55,589 nt of DNA. Source: a virus. Lineage: Duplodnaviria; Caudoviricetes. The position numbers were made by a program, and so were the translations under genes. Where the stretch lies: positions 1-55,589 of IMG/VR virus record IMGVR_UViG_3300021090_000026. One strand, 5' to 3'. The notes under the pieces were generated by a model. That model was not told where the DNA came from. It was given only the letters and a program-made list of their open reading frames with translations, and made no database searches. This document shows, piece after piece, positions 1-10,277 of the stretch (position 1 is its first letter; every line of letters begins with the position of its first letter).

Positions 1-1
1 C

Positions 2-484
2 GGAAACACCGAGACTAAGAAGGACGTTACGAACGAAAATGTGGACGAAGGAAACCCTGACCTAGAGTTCGACCTCGGAAGAATCTACATTTCGATGAAG
101 TCCGATGCGGACGAGAATTTCAACGTTCAACTCAAGGGCATTTCGAAAGATCCTGCTGGACCGTACGCGGTCATCAAGGTTGATCACGTCCGTATCATTG
201 CGAGGAAGTCCATCAAGTACTTGCTCCAACCGACGAAAGATACTCCAGAAAGCGACTGTGCAGGTATCGTCATAAAGGATGGTAACATAATCTTCATTCC
301 TTCGACGAGTGGATACGTTAAATTAGGCGGAGAAGACGCCAGCGCCGCTATTCTGTGTACACCGTTGGCAGCTCCCGCAGGCGGGACTGTATCAGCTCCG
401 CCGATCGTAAGTACGATTGGAAGTACAGTGGGCTCTGGTGGGGCAAACGGAACGTTTTCGACGAAAGTACTAATAAAAGCGTGA
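2..484 (+). CDS. 5'-truncated virion/baseplate protein (possible gp5-like spike C-terminus)
   Basis: Frame open from position 2; 'YVKLGG' and Gly/Thr-rich C-terminus; upstream of gp25-like and wedge genes. Confidence 0.5.
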   Translation, partial: GNTETKKDVTNENVDEGNPDLEFDLGRIYISMKSDADENFNVQLKGISKDPAGPYAVIKVDHVRIIARKSIKYLLQPTKDTPESDCAGIVIKDGNIIFIPSTSGYVKLGGEDASAAILCTPLAAPAGGTVSAPPIVSTIGSTVGSGGANGTFSTKVLIKA

Positions 485-1335
485 GCTTCTTGTTCGTCGA
501 AATACATCATTCTTATTGGACAAGAAGCCGGAGATCTACCCAAAGAACGGCTCACCTAGAATGTGATGAATGCTGTCAAAATTACACAAAACCCTTTACA
601 ATAAGCGCTTCTTATAACAAATCTAAAATGACGTTTTGTTCAGTCGCGTGTCAAAATTCATCGCAGCAATTGGGTGGAACGCTTGACGAACTAAAAAGAA
701 AAGTGTTTCAAGAAAACATGGGTGTCGGCAACCCTTCAAAGGTTCCTGAAACATTAGAAAAAATACGAGCAACAACTTTCAAGAACTATGGAGTCGAGTA
801 CTGTTTACAAAGCCCCAAGATCAAAGAAAAACAGATCAAAACGTGTCTCCAAAATCTGGAGGTGACGAATCCTTCCAAATCAGATTTTGTCAAACAAAGA
901 AAAGTTGAAACGTGTTTGACAAGATATGGTGTAGATAATCCTATGAAAATTCCCCATGTGAAAGAAGTATTCCCATGGAAAGAAGTAGCACAAAAAGCCA
1001 GTAAAAGTCGAACTCTGAACGGAGTGCAACGAAGCTCTAGACATGAAGACCGTTTCTACGAACGTTTGGTCGAAGAATTTTCAGAAGAAAATGTTCTTCG
1101 TTGGGTCGCTATCAATGGTTGGACGATTGATTTTTACATCAAAAATCTTGATAGGTTCGTTGAATTTGATGGCGTTTATTGGCATACAATCACAGATTCA
1201 TCATCTGTCCAGTCGAAAGCAATCAATGAACAAGTAGCAAGAGACCGAAGGAAGGATCAATGGTTTAGAGAACGTGGATTTATCCTCGAGAGAATAACTG
1301 ATCTCGAATTTGAGAATTTTGCGAGGAACGACTAA
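481..1335 (+). CDS. Putative homing endonuclease (Zn finger + 'YGVxNP' repeats + Vsr/DUF559-like nuclease)
   Basis: GTG start overlaps upstream TGA; CDEC..FCSVAC; repeats YGVEY/YGVDNP; 'IDFYI..VEFDGVYWH..RD' nuclease motif. Confidence 0.75.
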   Translation: MSFLFVEIHHSYWTRSRRSTQRTAHLECDECCQNYTKPFTISASYNKSKMTFCSVACQNSSQQLGGTLDELKRKVFQENMGVGNPSKVPETLEKIRATTFKNYGVEYCLQSPKIKEKQIKTCLQNLEVTNPSKSDFVKQRKVETCLTRYGVDNPMKIPHVKEVFPWKEVAQKASKSRTLNGVQRSSRHEDRFYERLVEEFSEENVLRWVAINGWTIDFYIKNLDRFVEFDGVYWHTITDSSSVQSKAINEQVARDRRKDQWFRERGFILERITDLEFENFARND

Positions 1336-1337
1336 CA

Positions 1338-2276
1338 ATGTCCTTCAATTCGCCAATCCTCGGACCCAAGGGCATCGGAATGGTCGACGACGACGGGAAG
1401 TTGACTGACGATGCTCGGAATGCATTCACAGCGCAAGTACTTCTCCTTCTCGCCGGAGGAAACAGGGACGGTAAGGGTCCCAAGATATCGTCCCTCCTCG
1501 GATTTCCATTTCCGCCCATGCCAGGACCGAAGCTGGTGGATCCGGACAAGCTGCTGTTGAATCCTCTAGACCCGCTTGGGGACCTATTCTGGTTCGAACC
1601 ATCTCCGTTGGCTCTTATGATGACTCCTGTGATAATCGATCCGGAGAAAGCGTATCAAAAGATCATAGTGACCAATCTTTACGAACCCATAGTAAAAATG
1701 TTGAACATGGACGGGAACCTCAACGCTCCCCCTCTGTTCGATCCAACGGCATTTTTTGACGTGGAGGTCAAGATACCCCAGTTCTTGATAGAACTGAATG
1801 CGGCATTGTTAGACCCTAAACTTCAGACCGCATTCGATATCAAGTACAAGGTTGGAGTTCCGAAACTCGTGGACCTTGCTTTGAAACTTCCGAAGCTCTT
1901 CAAAGCGCCTCCCATTCCTCCCGCTGTTCCTATCCCACCCATCCCAGATTTCAACTTCCTCATATTCCCGGACCTGTTCACGGGAATCCTAAGCATTCCT
2001 CTAGAGGTTCTGAAACCCAGTCTTGTGATCAAGTTGATCAGCATGCCACCGTCACCACCCGATCTCTTTTTGAAGATCGGATCGATCGTGCTGGATCTCT
2101 TTCTCAAGCTTCTAGAAAATCTCGGGCTTTTGGTCATCCTTCCTAAGCTGCTCGTCGCTACGATAATTGTCATTCTGCAGAACATGGTTTCAATGCTGGT
2201 TTGCGACATGATAGGCGTCATATTGGGAACAGGTCAGCTAGTTAAAGCAGCAGGAACAGTTCTAGGACTGTCATGA
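1338..2276 (+). CDS. Pro/Leu-rich hypothetical protein in baseplate module
   Basis: 312-aa ORF tightly packed between neighbours; hydrophobic C-terminus. Confidence 0.75.
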   Translation: MSFNSPILGPKGIGMVDDDGKLTDDARNAFTAQVLLLLAGGNRDGKGPKISSLLGFPFPPMPGPKLVDPDKLLLNPLDPLGDLFWFEPSPLALMMTPVIIDPEKAYQKIIVTNLYEPIVKMLNMDGNLNAPPLFDPTAFFDVEVKIPQFLIELNAALLDPKLQTAFDIKYKVGVPKLVDLALKLPKLFKAPPIPPAVPIPPIPDFNFLIFPDLFTGILSIPLEVLKPSLVIKLISMPPSPPDLFLKIGSIVLDLFLKLLENLGLLVILPKLLVATIIVILQNMVSMLVCDMIGVILGTGQLVKAAGTVLGLS

Positions 2277-2277
2277 C

Positions 2278-2751
2278 ATGGCTGTAATTTCCTTCAAAAG
2301 CGTCGGTAAAACCACGGCAACGATTCAGAATGAAAATCTGGATTCGTCTCCGATCCCTATCGGTATTAGAACTCCCGTTCGAGCAGGTATCGTCGAAGTG
2401 GATGGAGTCTTTGCCATGCATTACGACATCCCAGACCAAGTGAACGACAACATCAGAAATCTCATTGAGACGAACCATGGCGAACGTCTCGGACTGTACG
2501 ATTACGGTGCTAATTTGCGAGAACTAACCTTCGAAATCACGGCTAAAGAGGATTTTGAGTCCGAAGTCATGCTCAGGATCAAACGAGCTATTGAAAAATG
2601 GATGCCGTACGTTTCCCTCAAAGGATTTGAAATGTCAAACGAGTTAGAAGAAATAGACAAAACTGGTGTTGTCAAATTCTCTATAACCTACGATCTTCCC
2701 ATTTTAAACGTTTCTGACCAAGCTGTCGACATAATTCTCTACGTCTCCTGA
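2278..2751 (+). CDS. Baseplate wedge protein, gp25/GPW-like
   Basis: 'NIRNLIETNHGER..DYGANLRELTFE..I.KWMPYV' typical of GPW/gp25 family. Confidence 0.85.
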   Translation: MAVISFKSVGKTTATIQNENLDSSPIPIGIRTPVRAGIVEVDGVFAMHYDIPDQVNDNIRNLIETNHGERLGLYDYGANLRELTFEITAKEDFESEVMLRIKRAIEKWMPYVSLKGFEMSNELEEIDKTGVVKFSITYDLPILNVSDQAVDIILYVS

Positions 2752-3386
2752 TGCTATTTTACGTCTACATAGATTGGACTCTTGAACAGATCCCTAGACG
2801 GTTCTACGTTGGCAAGGGAGATGCTGGGAGGGTGAAGTTTATTCGTCGAAACAAACGGCATCGTGCTATCTCTAAAGCTTACGGGCAACGCAGAGAGGTA
2901 GTATTCTCCACCGATTCTGAAGTTGAAGCTCTACAGATAGAAAAGAAGTTGATCGCAGAATTCAAGACTCGTGGAGATGTCAAAGGTCAGTGGGGAGCGA
3001 ATTTCACCGAGGGTGGGGATGGTGTCTGCGGGAGGCTTCATGACGAGAAGACTAAACGACAGATTAGCCAAAAGATGGCCGGTATACCGAAGTCGGAAGA
3101 AACTCGCATGAAGATGCGAGTTCGTAAAGTCAACAAGCGTGTTGTTCAATATGATTTGAACGGAAAAGAGATCGCAAAGTTTCCTTCTATCAGTGAAACT
3201 ATTCATCAAACAGGAATAAGCTCGATTAGTCTCTGTTGCCGTCGGGTAATTAAGTCTGCTGGAAAATCTGTTTGGAGGTACGAAGGAGATCATTTCGATC
3301 CCAAAACTCCGTATGTCTGTACACCAGAGCATCGACAAAAGCTGAGCAAAGCTAAGTTGAAACAGAAAGAATATCATGGCGTCTAG
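2751..3386 (+). CDS. GIY-YIG homing endonuclease with NUMOD3/NUMOD1 domains
   Basis: 'FYVY..FYVGKG..E..LI..N.TEGGDG'; NUMOD3 'HDEKTKRQIS','KSEETRMKM'; NUMOD1 'VVQYDLNGKEIAKFPSI'. Confidence 0.85.
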   Translation: MLFYVYIDWTLEQIPRRFYVGKGDAGRVKFIRRNKRHRAISKAYGQRREVVFSTDSEVEALQIEKKLIAEFKTRGDVKGQWGANFTEGGDGVCGRLHDEKTKRQISQKMAGIPKSEETRMKMRVRKVNKRVVQYDLNGKEIAKFPSISETIHQTGISSISLCCRRVIKSAGKSVWRYEGDHFDPKTPYVCTPEHRQKLSKAKLKQKEYHGV

Positions 3387-5223
3387 CACAAAAAACGATG
3401 CGCTCAAAGCTGTACGACAAAGGCAATACCTCAATAAGGATTTTGACGGGCTTCGAGCTGATCTGATCGAATACGCTCGGACATTCTACGGAGAGAACGT
3501 GAATAACGACTTCTCTGAATCGAGCCTTGGAGGTCTGATGGTGGATATGGCAGCCTATGTTGGCGACGTCATGTCATTCTACCTAGATCATCAATTCACA
3601 GAGATGGATCCGAATCTCGCTGTGGAAACTGACAACATCGAACGGTTGCTTCGGCGTGCAGGAGTTGAGATCACCGGTGCATCGCCAGCCGTGGTTATGC
3701 AATCGTTCTTCGTGGAAGTTCCTGCTGTATCGGTCAACGGAGTGAGCATTCCAGATTCCTCTGCCATTCCGATCATCGATGCTGGAACGATCGTCACTTC
3801 TGATGGCGGTATCGAATACCTTCTTTTAGACAGGATCGATTACACTCTACAAGATGTCGACGGCAACTTGAAGTGCGATATCCAGGTGGGAGATGCTTCA
3901 ACGGACGGAACTCCCAAAAGCTTCATCCTCAAGGGTACGAGCATCTGTATTTCGGGAAGGCAGACCCAAGAAAGCTTCACGATTGGTTCGTTCGTCGCCT
4001 TTAGGGAAATCACGTTGTCCAGCCCGAATGTCACAGAGATCCAATCGGTCTACGATTCCTTGGGAAACAGTTACTACGAGGTCGGAAGTCTGTCGCAGGA
4101 CACAGTTTACTCCAGACGTCCGAATGTGGGTAATGACTCTGATCTGGTTCCTGAACTGCTCGAACTTAAACCAGCTCCCTACAGATACACGAAGGCCACG
4201 AACCTCGACAACCGAACTACGACTCTTGTATTCGGAGGAGGATCGGCTGAGACGATAGAGGATGATGTCATTCCTGATCCGAGTGAATTCGCTCTACCGT
4301 TGTACGGAAGAACGACATTCTCTAGGATTAGCATCGATCCGCAGCAACTCATCACCACAAGGACCCTGGGTGTAGCTTCGTCCAACGTAACCTTGACCAT
4401 TAGCTACAGGTATGGAGGAGGTCTGAACCACAATGCCGAGCCCGGAACCATAAGAAATGTCAAGGCTATGGCCATGACTTTCCCATCGAACGTAACTTCG
4501 GATGTCGCAGCAAGAGTTCGTTCGTCTGCTGAGACCAAGAATGTCAAGAGAGCTTCCGGCGGAGAAGATCCCCCTGATATCGATGAACTCAAGACCCTCA
4601 TTCCGAATGCCAGAAATTCCCAAAGTCGAATCGTCACCAAACCTGACCTCATCTCTCGTATCTATTTGATGCCCGCGAACTTCGGCAGGGTGTTCAGGGC
4701 TGCTACCAGGCAGAATGCTAACAATCCGTTAGCATCTATCCTGTACATCATCAGCAGAGATGAAAATTCTAACCTGATCGTTGCTCCAGATGCTTTGAAG
4801 GATAACCTTCGCAAGTATCTGAACGACTACAGAATGATCTCCGATGCTATCGACATCGTCGATGCTCAGGTCATCAATGTTCGAGTTATCTTCGAAACTA
4901 CCGTCGATAACTCGATGAACAAGAAGATCGTGCTTCAGAATGTCATCCAGAAGATCCAGAAGTACTTCAACATCAAGAACTTCCAGATTGACCAACCTCT
5001 CATCCTTTCTGACCTGCATAACATCATCTACAACAGCATCGGTGTCCTGTCCGTCAACAAGCTGAAGATTGATAACGTCTTCGGAGCTGTCGGGAACAGG
5101 GTTTACAGCGATGCTTTCTTCGACATAGATTCGAACACCACCCGCGGAATGGTCGTTCCATCTCCGGGAGCCATCTTCGAACTCCGGTTTCCCGAGAACG
5201 ATATTGTGGGAAAAGCAGTTTGA
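3376..5223 (+). CDS. Baseplate wedge subunit (T4 gp6 / baseplate J-like)
   Basis: 'YLNKDFD..NDFSESSLG..AAYVGDVMSFYLDHQF', 'ASGGEDP..SQSRIVT'. Confidence 0.85.
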   Translation: MASSTKNDALKAVRQRQYLNKDFDGLRADLIEYARTFYGENVNNDFSESSLGGLMVDMAAYVGDVMSFYLDHQFTEMDPNLAVETDNIERLLRRAGVEITGASPAVVMQSFFVEVPAVSVNGVSIPDSSAIPIIDAGTIVTSDGGIEYLLLDRIDYTLQDVDGNLKCDIQVGDASTDGTPKSFILKGTSICISGRQTQESFTIGSFVAFREITLSSPNVTEIQSVYDSLGNSYYEVGSLSQDTVYSRRPNVGNDSDLVPELLELKPAPYRYTKATNLDNRTTTLVFGGGSAETIEDDVIPDPSEFALPLYGRTTFSRISIDPQQLITTRTLGVASSNVTLTISYRYGGGLNHNAEPGTIRNVKAMAMTFPSNVTSDVAARVRSSAETKNVKRASGGEDPPDIDELKTLIPNARNSQSRIVTKPDLISRIYLMPANFGRVFRAATRQNANNPLASILYIISRDENSNLIVAPDALKDNLRKYLNDYRMISDAIDIVDAQVINVRVIFETTVDNSMNKKIVLQNVIQKIQKYFNIKNFQIDQPLILSDLHNIIYNSIGVLSVNKLKIDNVFGAVGNRVYSDAFFDIDSNTTRGMVVPSPGAIFELRFPENDIVGKAV

Positions 5224-5242
5224 GCTTCGGTTCAGTATCGGG

Positions 5243-5252
5243 TACTTACTTA
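5243..5252 (+). promoter_or_regulatory. Putative late-promoter motif TACTTA (overlapping double copy TACTTACTTA)
   Basis: In the gap before structural gene 5275; same hexamer precedes leader-bearing genes at 40.5-47.4 kb. Confidence 0.5.
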
Positions 5253-5274
5253 GAGAAGTCCCCGAGGCAGAACA

Positions 5275-6819
5275 TTGTATCGAATCTTCAAACCAAGTAG
5301 CGACACGTACATCACTGACAAGATCGTCAAACGCCTGCACAAAACTACGGCCAACGTAGGATTAGCTGCGAGCATCGATCTGTTCGTTCTCTATGGAATA
5401 ACCTTCTCAGGTTCAGTTCCTAATCACGAACTTTCTCGAGCTCTTATCAAGTTCGACCTGACTGATCTACACGCAGATTACGCTGCGGGCAAGTTTGACA
5501 TCACAAATCCGACTTTCAACTGCACGTTGAAGATGTTCGATGTCTACGGTGGACAGTCCACTCCGGACAATTTTAGCCTGCAAGTGTACCCTTTGTCTCG
5601 ATCCTTTCAAGAAGGTATCGGAAGGGATGTTATCTTCTTTCAAGATTCAGATGCTTCGAACTTCATCACAGCAACTTTTGATGGATCTACACCCAGCGTA
5701 TGGTTTCTTAGCGGAGCGAATGCTAAGGGAGCTCTGGGAAATTCCAGCATCGACGTGATCTCGACCGCTGATCTCGGAGCAGGGACTGTCAGCTTGACAG
5801 TGAGCCAGTCCTTCGTGGTTGGAGATGAAAATTTGAGCGTGGATGTCACAAGAATTGTTTCTGCCACGCTGGCAGGGCTAATTCCCGACAAAGGATTCAG
5901 AGTTTCCTTCAGCGAAACAGACGAAAATGCGTTGGCAACGAAGTTCGTCAAACGTTTCGGGTCTTCGAATGCGAGCAATCCTTACATCAGACCTCAGCTG
6001 ATAATGAGGTACAACGATGCTATCAACAGCCATGAATCTAACTTCTTGTTCGATGTGACTGGAACTCTCGTTCTCTACAACTACGTTAGAGGAGAGTTGA
6101 GAAATTTCGTCTCTGGATCGTCGAATACTGCCCTAACGGGGCAGAATAGTATGCTTGTGAAGTTGACAACGCCCGTTTCTACCAGCAATGGATTCATCCG
6201 GTACGAAACACATGCGTCCGCTTCTCAGCACAGAATTGGATCTAGCAACGTCACTGGCATCTATTCTTCGACTTTCGCGCTGTCGTCAAACGATCCATTT
6301 CTTCGCACAAAACTTCAGCAATCTGGATCGATAATGTTTCAGCAGGTTTGGACGTCAACGGATAGACAAGTTCCGTACTTCAGTGGATCTCTCACGGTCT
6401 ATCCGAATTTCGGAACAACGGGTCCGGCCACGCCCAAACGTTACAATATCAACATCACGAACATGGCAGAAGAGTACACAATCACTGACATTGCTCGCAT
6501 GCGATTGTTTATATTTGACTATTCATCTCCGATGTTTAAATTGGTCAAAACACCTCTCGAAACACCTTCGGTGGTTCTAGAAAATGTCTTCTACTCAGTT
6601 AGAGATGCGATCACCAATACCGTTCTTGTACCTTTCGATCGAATCTACTCGTCTACCAAGTTGTCATCGGATAGTGAGGGGATGTACTTCGACATCTGGA
6701 TGACATCTTTACTTGATGGTCGAGCTTACGTTGTAGACATAATGCTTGTGGAAGGTTCTAAAGAAACCATCTACAGGAATGTCGGTCCGGCATTTAGAGT
6801 TCTCACAGCAGGTGCTTGA
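5275..6819 (+). CDS. Virion structural protein (baseplate/tail)
   Basis: 514 aa, S/T/G-rich; 'DTYIT','SRALIKFDL' motifs of large-phage structural proteins; TTG start. Confidence 0.75.
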   Translation: MYRIFKPSSDTYITDKIVKRLHKTTANVGLAASIDLFVLYGITFSGSVPNHELSRALIKFDLTDLHADYAAGKFDITNPTFNCTLKMFDVYGGQSTPDNFSLQVYPLSRSFQEGIGRDVIFFQDSDASNFITATFDGSTPSVWFLSGANAKGALGNSSIDVISTADLGAGTVSLTVSQSFVVGDENLSVDVTRIVSATLAGLIPDKGFRVSFSETDENALATKFVKRFGSSNASNPYIRPQLIMRYNDAINSHESNFLFDVTGTLVLYNYVRGELRNFVSGSSNTALTGQNSMLVKLTTPVSTSNGFIRYETHASASQHRIGSSNVTGIYSSTFALSSNDPFLRTKLQQSGSIMFQQVWTSTDRQVPYFSGSLTVYPNFGTTGPATPKRYNINITNMAEEYTITDIARMRLFIFDYSSPMFKLVKTPLETPSVVLENVFYSVRDAITNTVLVPFDRIYSSTKLSSDSEGMYFDIWMTSLLDGRAYVVDIMLVEGSKETIYRNVGPAFRVLTAGA

Positions 6820-6829
6820 AAGTTAGCCA

Positions 6830-9800
6830 ATGACGTTTCGCAATCCACTCATCCCGACAAATGTCGATCAGGGAGACTTGATCGACATCGTTAAAAACGG
6901 TCGAAGCGTTACCATGCGTGGATCGGATTTCTCTGACACGAATTCGAATTCGACCTCATCATTCGCATACGACCCGCCTTCCCAAGGTCTCAAATCGACG
7001 CAGCAGCTGAATGTCGATTGGAGTCGCTTCGAAAACCACACGTTCTTTAACTCTGCAGAAGTCAATACCAACGTTGCATTCGACAAGATGATCAATTTCT
7101 TTCCGTTCGACGGAACAAGAAGCGAAGTTGAGAGTTTCTTCGAAAAGATGACTGGTTTCGAAAAGTACATCTACGATCGTTTTCCCAAGAACAACGGATT
7201 TCTCTTCTTCAGCAGCAGCTACATCGTCGTCAAAGACTACACCGGAGGATTGTTTCCAGAAATTTCAAAAACGAGAAGCGGACAATCGGTCCTAGCTCCT
7301 GACAGTTCTTTCACAGTCGAGTTCCAGCTCTACATTCCAACAGTCACGAATGATGTCCAAGTTGTCTTTCAAAAGATAGTTGGAAGCGACGGCATAACGT
7401 CATTCCTGACCCAGTCTACGAACGTGACGTCCGCTCTCGTCGGGATGTGTGTTACTTCAGGTTCAGCGACAACATCCACCAGCGCATCGTTCGAAAAAGG
7501 TAGATTCCATCACGTTGCTTTCGTCTATAACAAGAACGACGGAACAAACTACCTGACTCTTTACAAGAACGGAAGCCCAATTTCTGTATCTTCTGCGAAT
7601 GACATAAATAGGATCGCCATGGATTCTGCTCCGCTAACTATCGGAAGCGGATCACAATTCAGAATTGGAACTCAAACATTCCTTCCAAAAGAAATTCTCT
7701 CAGGAGCGATGGACGAATTTCGCTTTTTTCATTCTGCAAGAACGTCAGAACAACTTACAAAGAACGCCTACAAGAGCATCTTCCCAACAGACGATCTGAA
7801 GTTGTACTACAAATTCAACGAGCCCACCGGTTCGTTCGGTGCCAGCGAAGCCGACTCTATCAATGGAATCGTTCTCGATAGCTCTGGTAAATCCCTTCAT
7901 TCTTTTGTGACGAACTTTACTCAAGGGCTTCGATCGACAGGCAGTCTTTCCGTACCGATGACTTACGAGAAAATTACTCTCTGCCCAATTCTCTTTCCAG
8001 GGCATCCCGACGTCGTGAATTTGAACACGAGCTTACTCAACTCTGCGAGCATCTACGATTCTATCAATCCAAATCTCATAACCAAACTGCTGCCAGCTCA
8101 CTACATCATGCAAGGTCGAGAGCACGCAGGGTTGGATAGCGACATGGGTCCAATTTCCAACGCGTACGGAGGAACTAACATCCCTGGAAAGGGTAAGCTC
8201 GGCCAGACCCAACTGCTTCTTTCTATGCTCTACGTTTGGGGTAAGTTCTTCGATGAGATGAAACTCTACATCGATGCATTCGCTAAATCAGAAGATGTCG
8301 ATTACGATCCGAACAAGAGTGCAGCCGACCATTTTCTCCCGTTGTTATTTCAAAAGTGGGGAGTCAAAATCCCGTCGTTCTTCGTAGATTCTACGATAGA
8401 ACAGTTCATCGATGCAGAAAATCTGAGACCGGCGATTAGCACAGATAGGAACTCTCTCCAGTACATTCAGAATCAAATCCTTCGTCGTGTCCTTGTCAAC
8501 TTGAACGAGATCATCAAGTCAAAAGGAACGCAACACAGCGTTCGTTCGTTCCTTCGATCCATGGGATTCGATCCAGACAACAGCTTCAGAATCAAAGAGT
8601 ATGGAGGACCGACACGTCGTAACCTTTCATTCTCTAGAGAATCAAAAAGCGAAATCGGAAAAATGCTTGACTTCGTATCTGGAGGATACGTGCAAACCCA
8701 GGGATTCTTCAGTTCTTCTAAGTTAGAAACTGGATTTCCAGAGTCGCGAGTGACGCATACGTTCAAATCTGTTTTCCCTCCCCATGGTATTTCTGCCAAC
8801 GTGAACGATGGTCTTTGGACATCTGGGTCATGGTCTTACGAAGGACTCTATCGTTTTCCGCAAGGTAGACCGACCCCCGCGACCCAGAGCTTAGTTCGTC
8901 TTCAGACGACAGGTGCATTGGCCTCTGCACTCCCTGGCGTCATCTTCAATTTGCTAGCTATCAGCGGAACGACCGCAGCGAACACTCGCATCGTCCTGTA
9001 CGGTCGCACTGGATTCCAACCCAGCATTACAGGTGTGCCTCTTCTAACGATGCAACTAACAGGGTCTAATATCTTCGATGGAGAAAACTGGAACGTGTCA
9101 TTCGGAATGAGCCGAAACGATGAAGCCCAGTCGTTGTCATCTTCGTATTACCTTCGAGCTGCCAAACACAACGTCGGGCAAATAACATCTTACGTTACTC
9201 AAACGTACTTCAAAGAACTACAAGGAGGATTTAATCCTGCTGCGAGTGCTCTTTGCACAATCACAGGTTCGTATAACGCATCGGGAACATTCCTCGCAAT
9301 CGGATCAGCTTCTCTTCCTTTGGGAACTAACGCCGCAGCATACGTTTATCTCAACACATCCGACGCTACGATACCATCAGAAGTTAGATCGACACACTTC
9401 AACGGGCAAGTAGCTCAGATGAGATTTTGGTCTAAGAATGTGTCCAACGTTGAATGGAATGAGCACATCAAAAATCCGAAATCATTTGGAGTCCAAGATC
9501 CCTCAGCAAACTTTAATTTCGCAATCACTCCTACGGGTTCGTTCAGTCGATTGAGAAATGACATCTCGATGGACCAGCAGGGTCGAACGACTAATGCAAC
9601 TGGAGAAATACTTCTGCAAGACTATTCTCAGAATAATCGTCACATGACAGCAACAAGTTTTCCGGTGAATAAACAAATTTTCTCTCCAGTCATCTGGAAC
9701 TACGACTTTATTTCTCCGAACTTCGATGATGGAATCACGAATGAAAAGATTCGAATCAGAGGATACCAGTCGTACAACAAAGTTCTAGAAACGCCCTGGG

Positions 9801-10276
9801 CGCAAGTTTCACCCGTTTACCAAATAGATCCAAGCGAAGCTCCCATGGACGATTCAAGATTTTCTATAGAATTCTCTCTGATAGATTCTCTGAACAAGGA
9901 TATCATCAATATCTTTTCCACTTTGGATGCTATCGACAACGCTCTAGGGTCACCAAACCTTGCTTTCGGTACCGACTATCCTGACCTCGAAGCGATCAGA
10001 ACGGTCTATTTCAATAGGTTGACTGAAAAGATCAATCTGAACAAATTCTTCGATATGTACAGATGGTTCGATGCATCTATCAGTTCATTTATCGAAAACA
10101 TCGTTCCTCGTAAGACAAAATACCTGGGAAGTAACTTCATCATCGAATCTCACATGCTAGAACGTCACAAAAAAGAATACTTTCACTCTGACATCTACGT
10201 GGGAGCGAACGACAGACATTCGATTACAAATGTCTTATTGCTACAGGAGATTTTCGGAACAATCGTGAAACACTAA
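6830..10276 (+). CDS. Large virion structural protein with LamG/concanavalin-like domains
   Basis: 1148 aa; 'SFTVEFQL..FHHVAF..LYKNG..LTIG..GAMDEFRFF' LamG pattern; 'KSKGT..SVRSFLR..G' tail-protein motif. Confidence 0.8.
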   Translation: MTFRNPLIPTNVDQGDLIDIVKNGRSVTMRGSDFSDTNSNSTSSFAYDPPSQGLKSTQQLNVDWSRFENHTFFNSAEVNTNVAFDKMINFFPFDGTRSEVESFFEKMTGFEKYIYDRFPKNNGFLFFSSSYIVVKDYTGGLFPEISKTRSGQSVLAPDSSFTVEFQLYIPTVTNDVQVVFQKIVGSDGITSFLTQSTNVTSALVGMCVTSGSATTSTSASFEKGRFHHVAFVYNKNDGTNYLTLYKNGSPISVSSANDINRIAMDSAPLTIGSGSQFRIGTQTFLPKEILSGAMDEFRFFHSARTSEQLTKNAYKSIFPTDDLKLYYKFNEPTGSFGASEADSINGIVLDSSGKSLHSFVTNFTQGLRSTGSLSVPMTYEKITLCPILFPGHPDVVNLNTSLLNSASIYDSINPNLITKLLPAHYIMQGREHAGLDSDMGPISNAYGGTNIPGKGKLGQTQLLLSMLYVWGKFFDEMKLYIDAFAKSEDVDYDPNKSAADHFLPLLFQKWGVKIPSFFVDSTIEQFIDAENLRPAISTDRNSLQYIQNQILRRVLVNLNEIIKSKGTQHSVRSFLRSMGFDPDNSFRIKEYGGPTRRNLSFSRESKSEIGKMLDFVSGGYVQTQGFFSSSKLETGFPESRVTHTFKSVFPPHGISANVNDGLWTSGSWSYEGLYRFPQGRPTPATQSLVRLQTTGALASALPGVIFNLLAISGTTAANTRIVLYGRTGFQPSITGVPLLTMQLTGSNIFDGENWNVSFGMSRNDEAQSLSSSYYLRAAKHNVGQITSYVTQTYFKELQGGFNPAASALCTITGSYNASGTFLAIGSASLPLGTNAAAYVYLNTSDATIPSEVRSTHFNGQVAQMRFWSKNVSNVEWNEHIKNPKSFGVQDPSANFNFAITPTGSFSRLRNDISMDQQGRTTNATGEILLQDYSQNNRHMTATSFPVNKQIFSPVIWNYDFISPNFDDGITNEKIRIRGYQSYNKVLETPWAQVSPVYQIDPSEAPMDDSRFSIEFSLIDSLNKDIINIFSTLDAIDNALGSPNLAFGTDYPDLEAIRTVYFNRLTEKINLNKFFDMYRWFDASISSFIENIVPRKTKYLGSNFIIESHMLERHKKEYFHSDIYVGANDRHSITNVLLLQEIFGTIVKH

Positions 10277-10277
10277 C

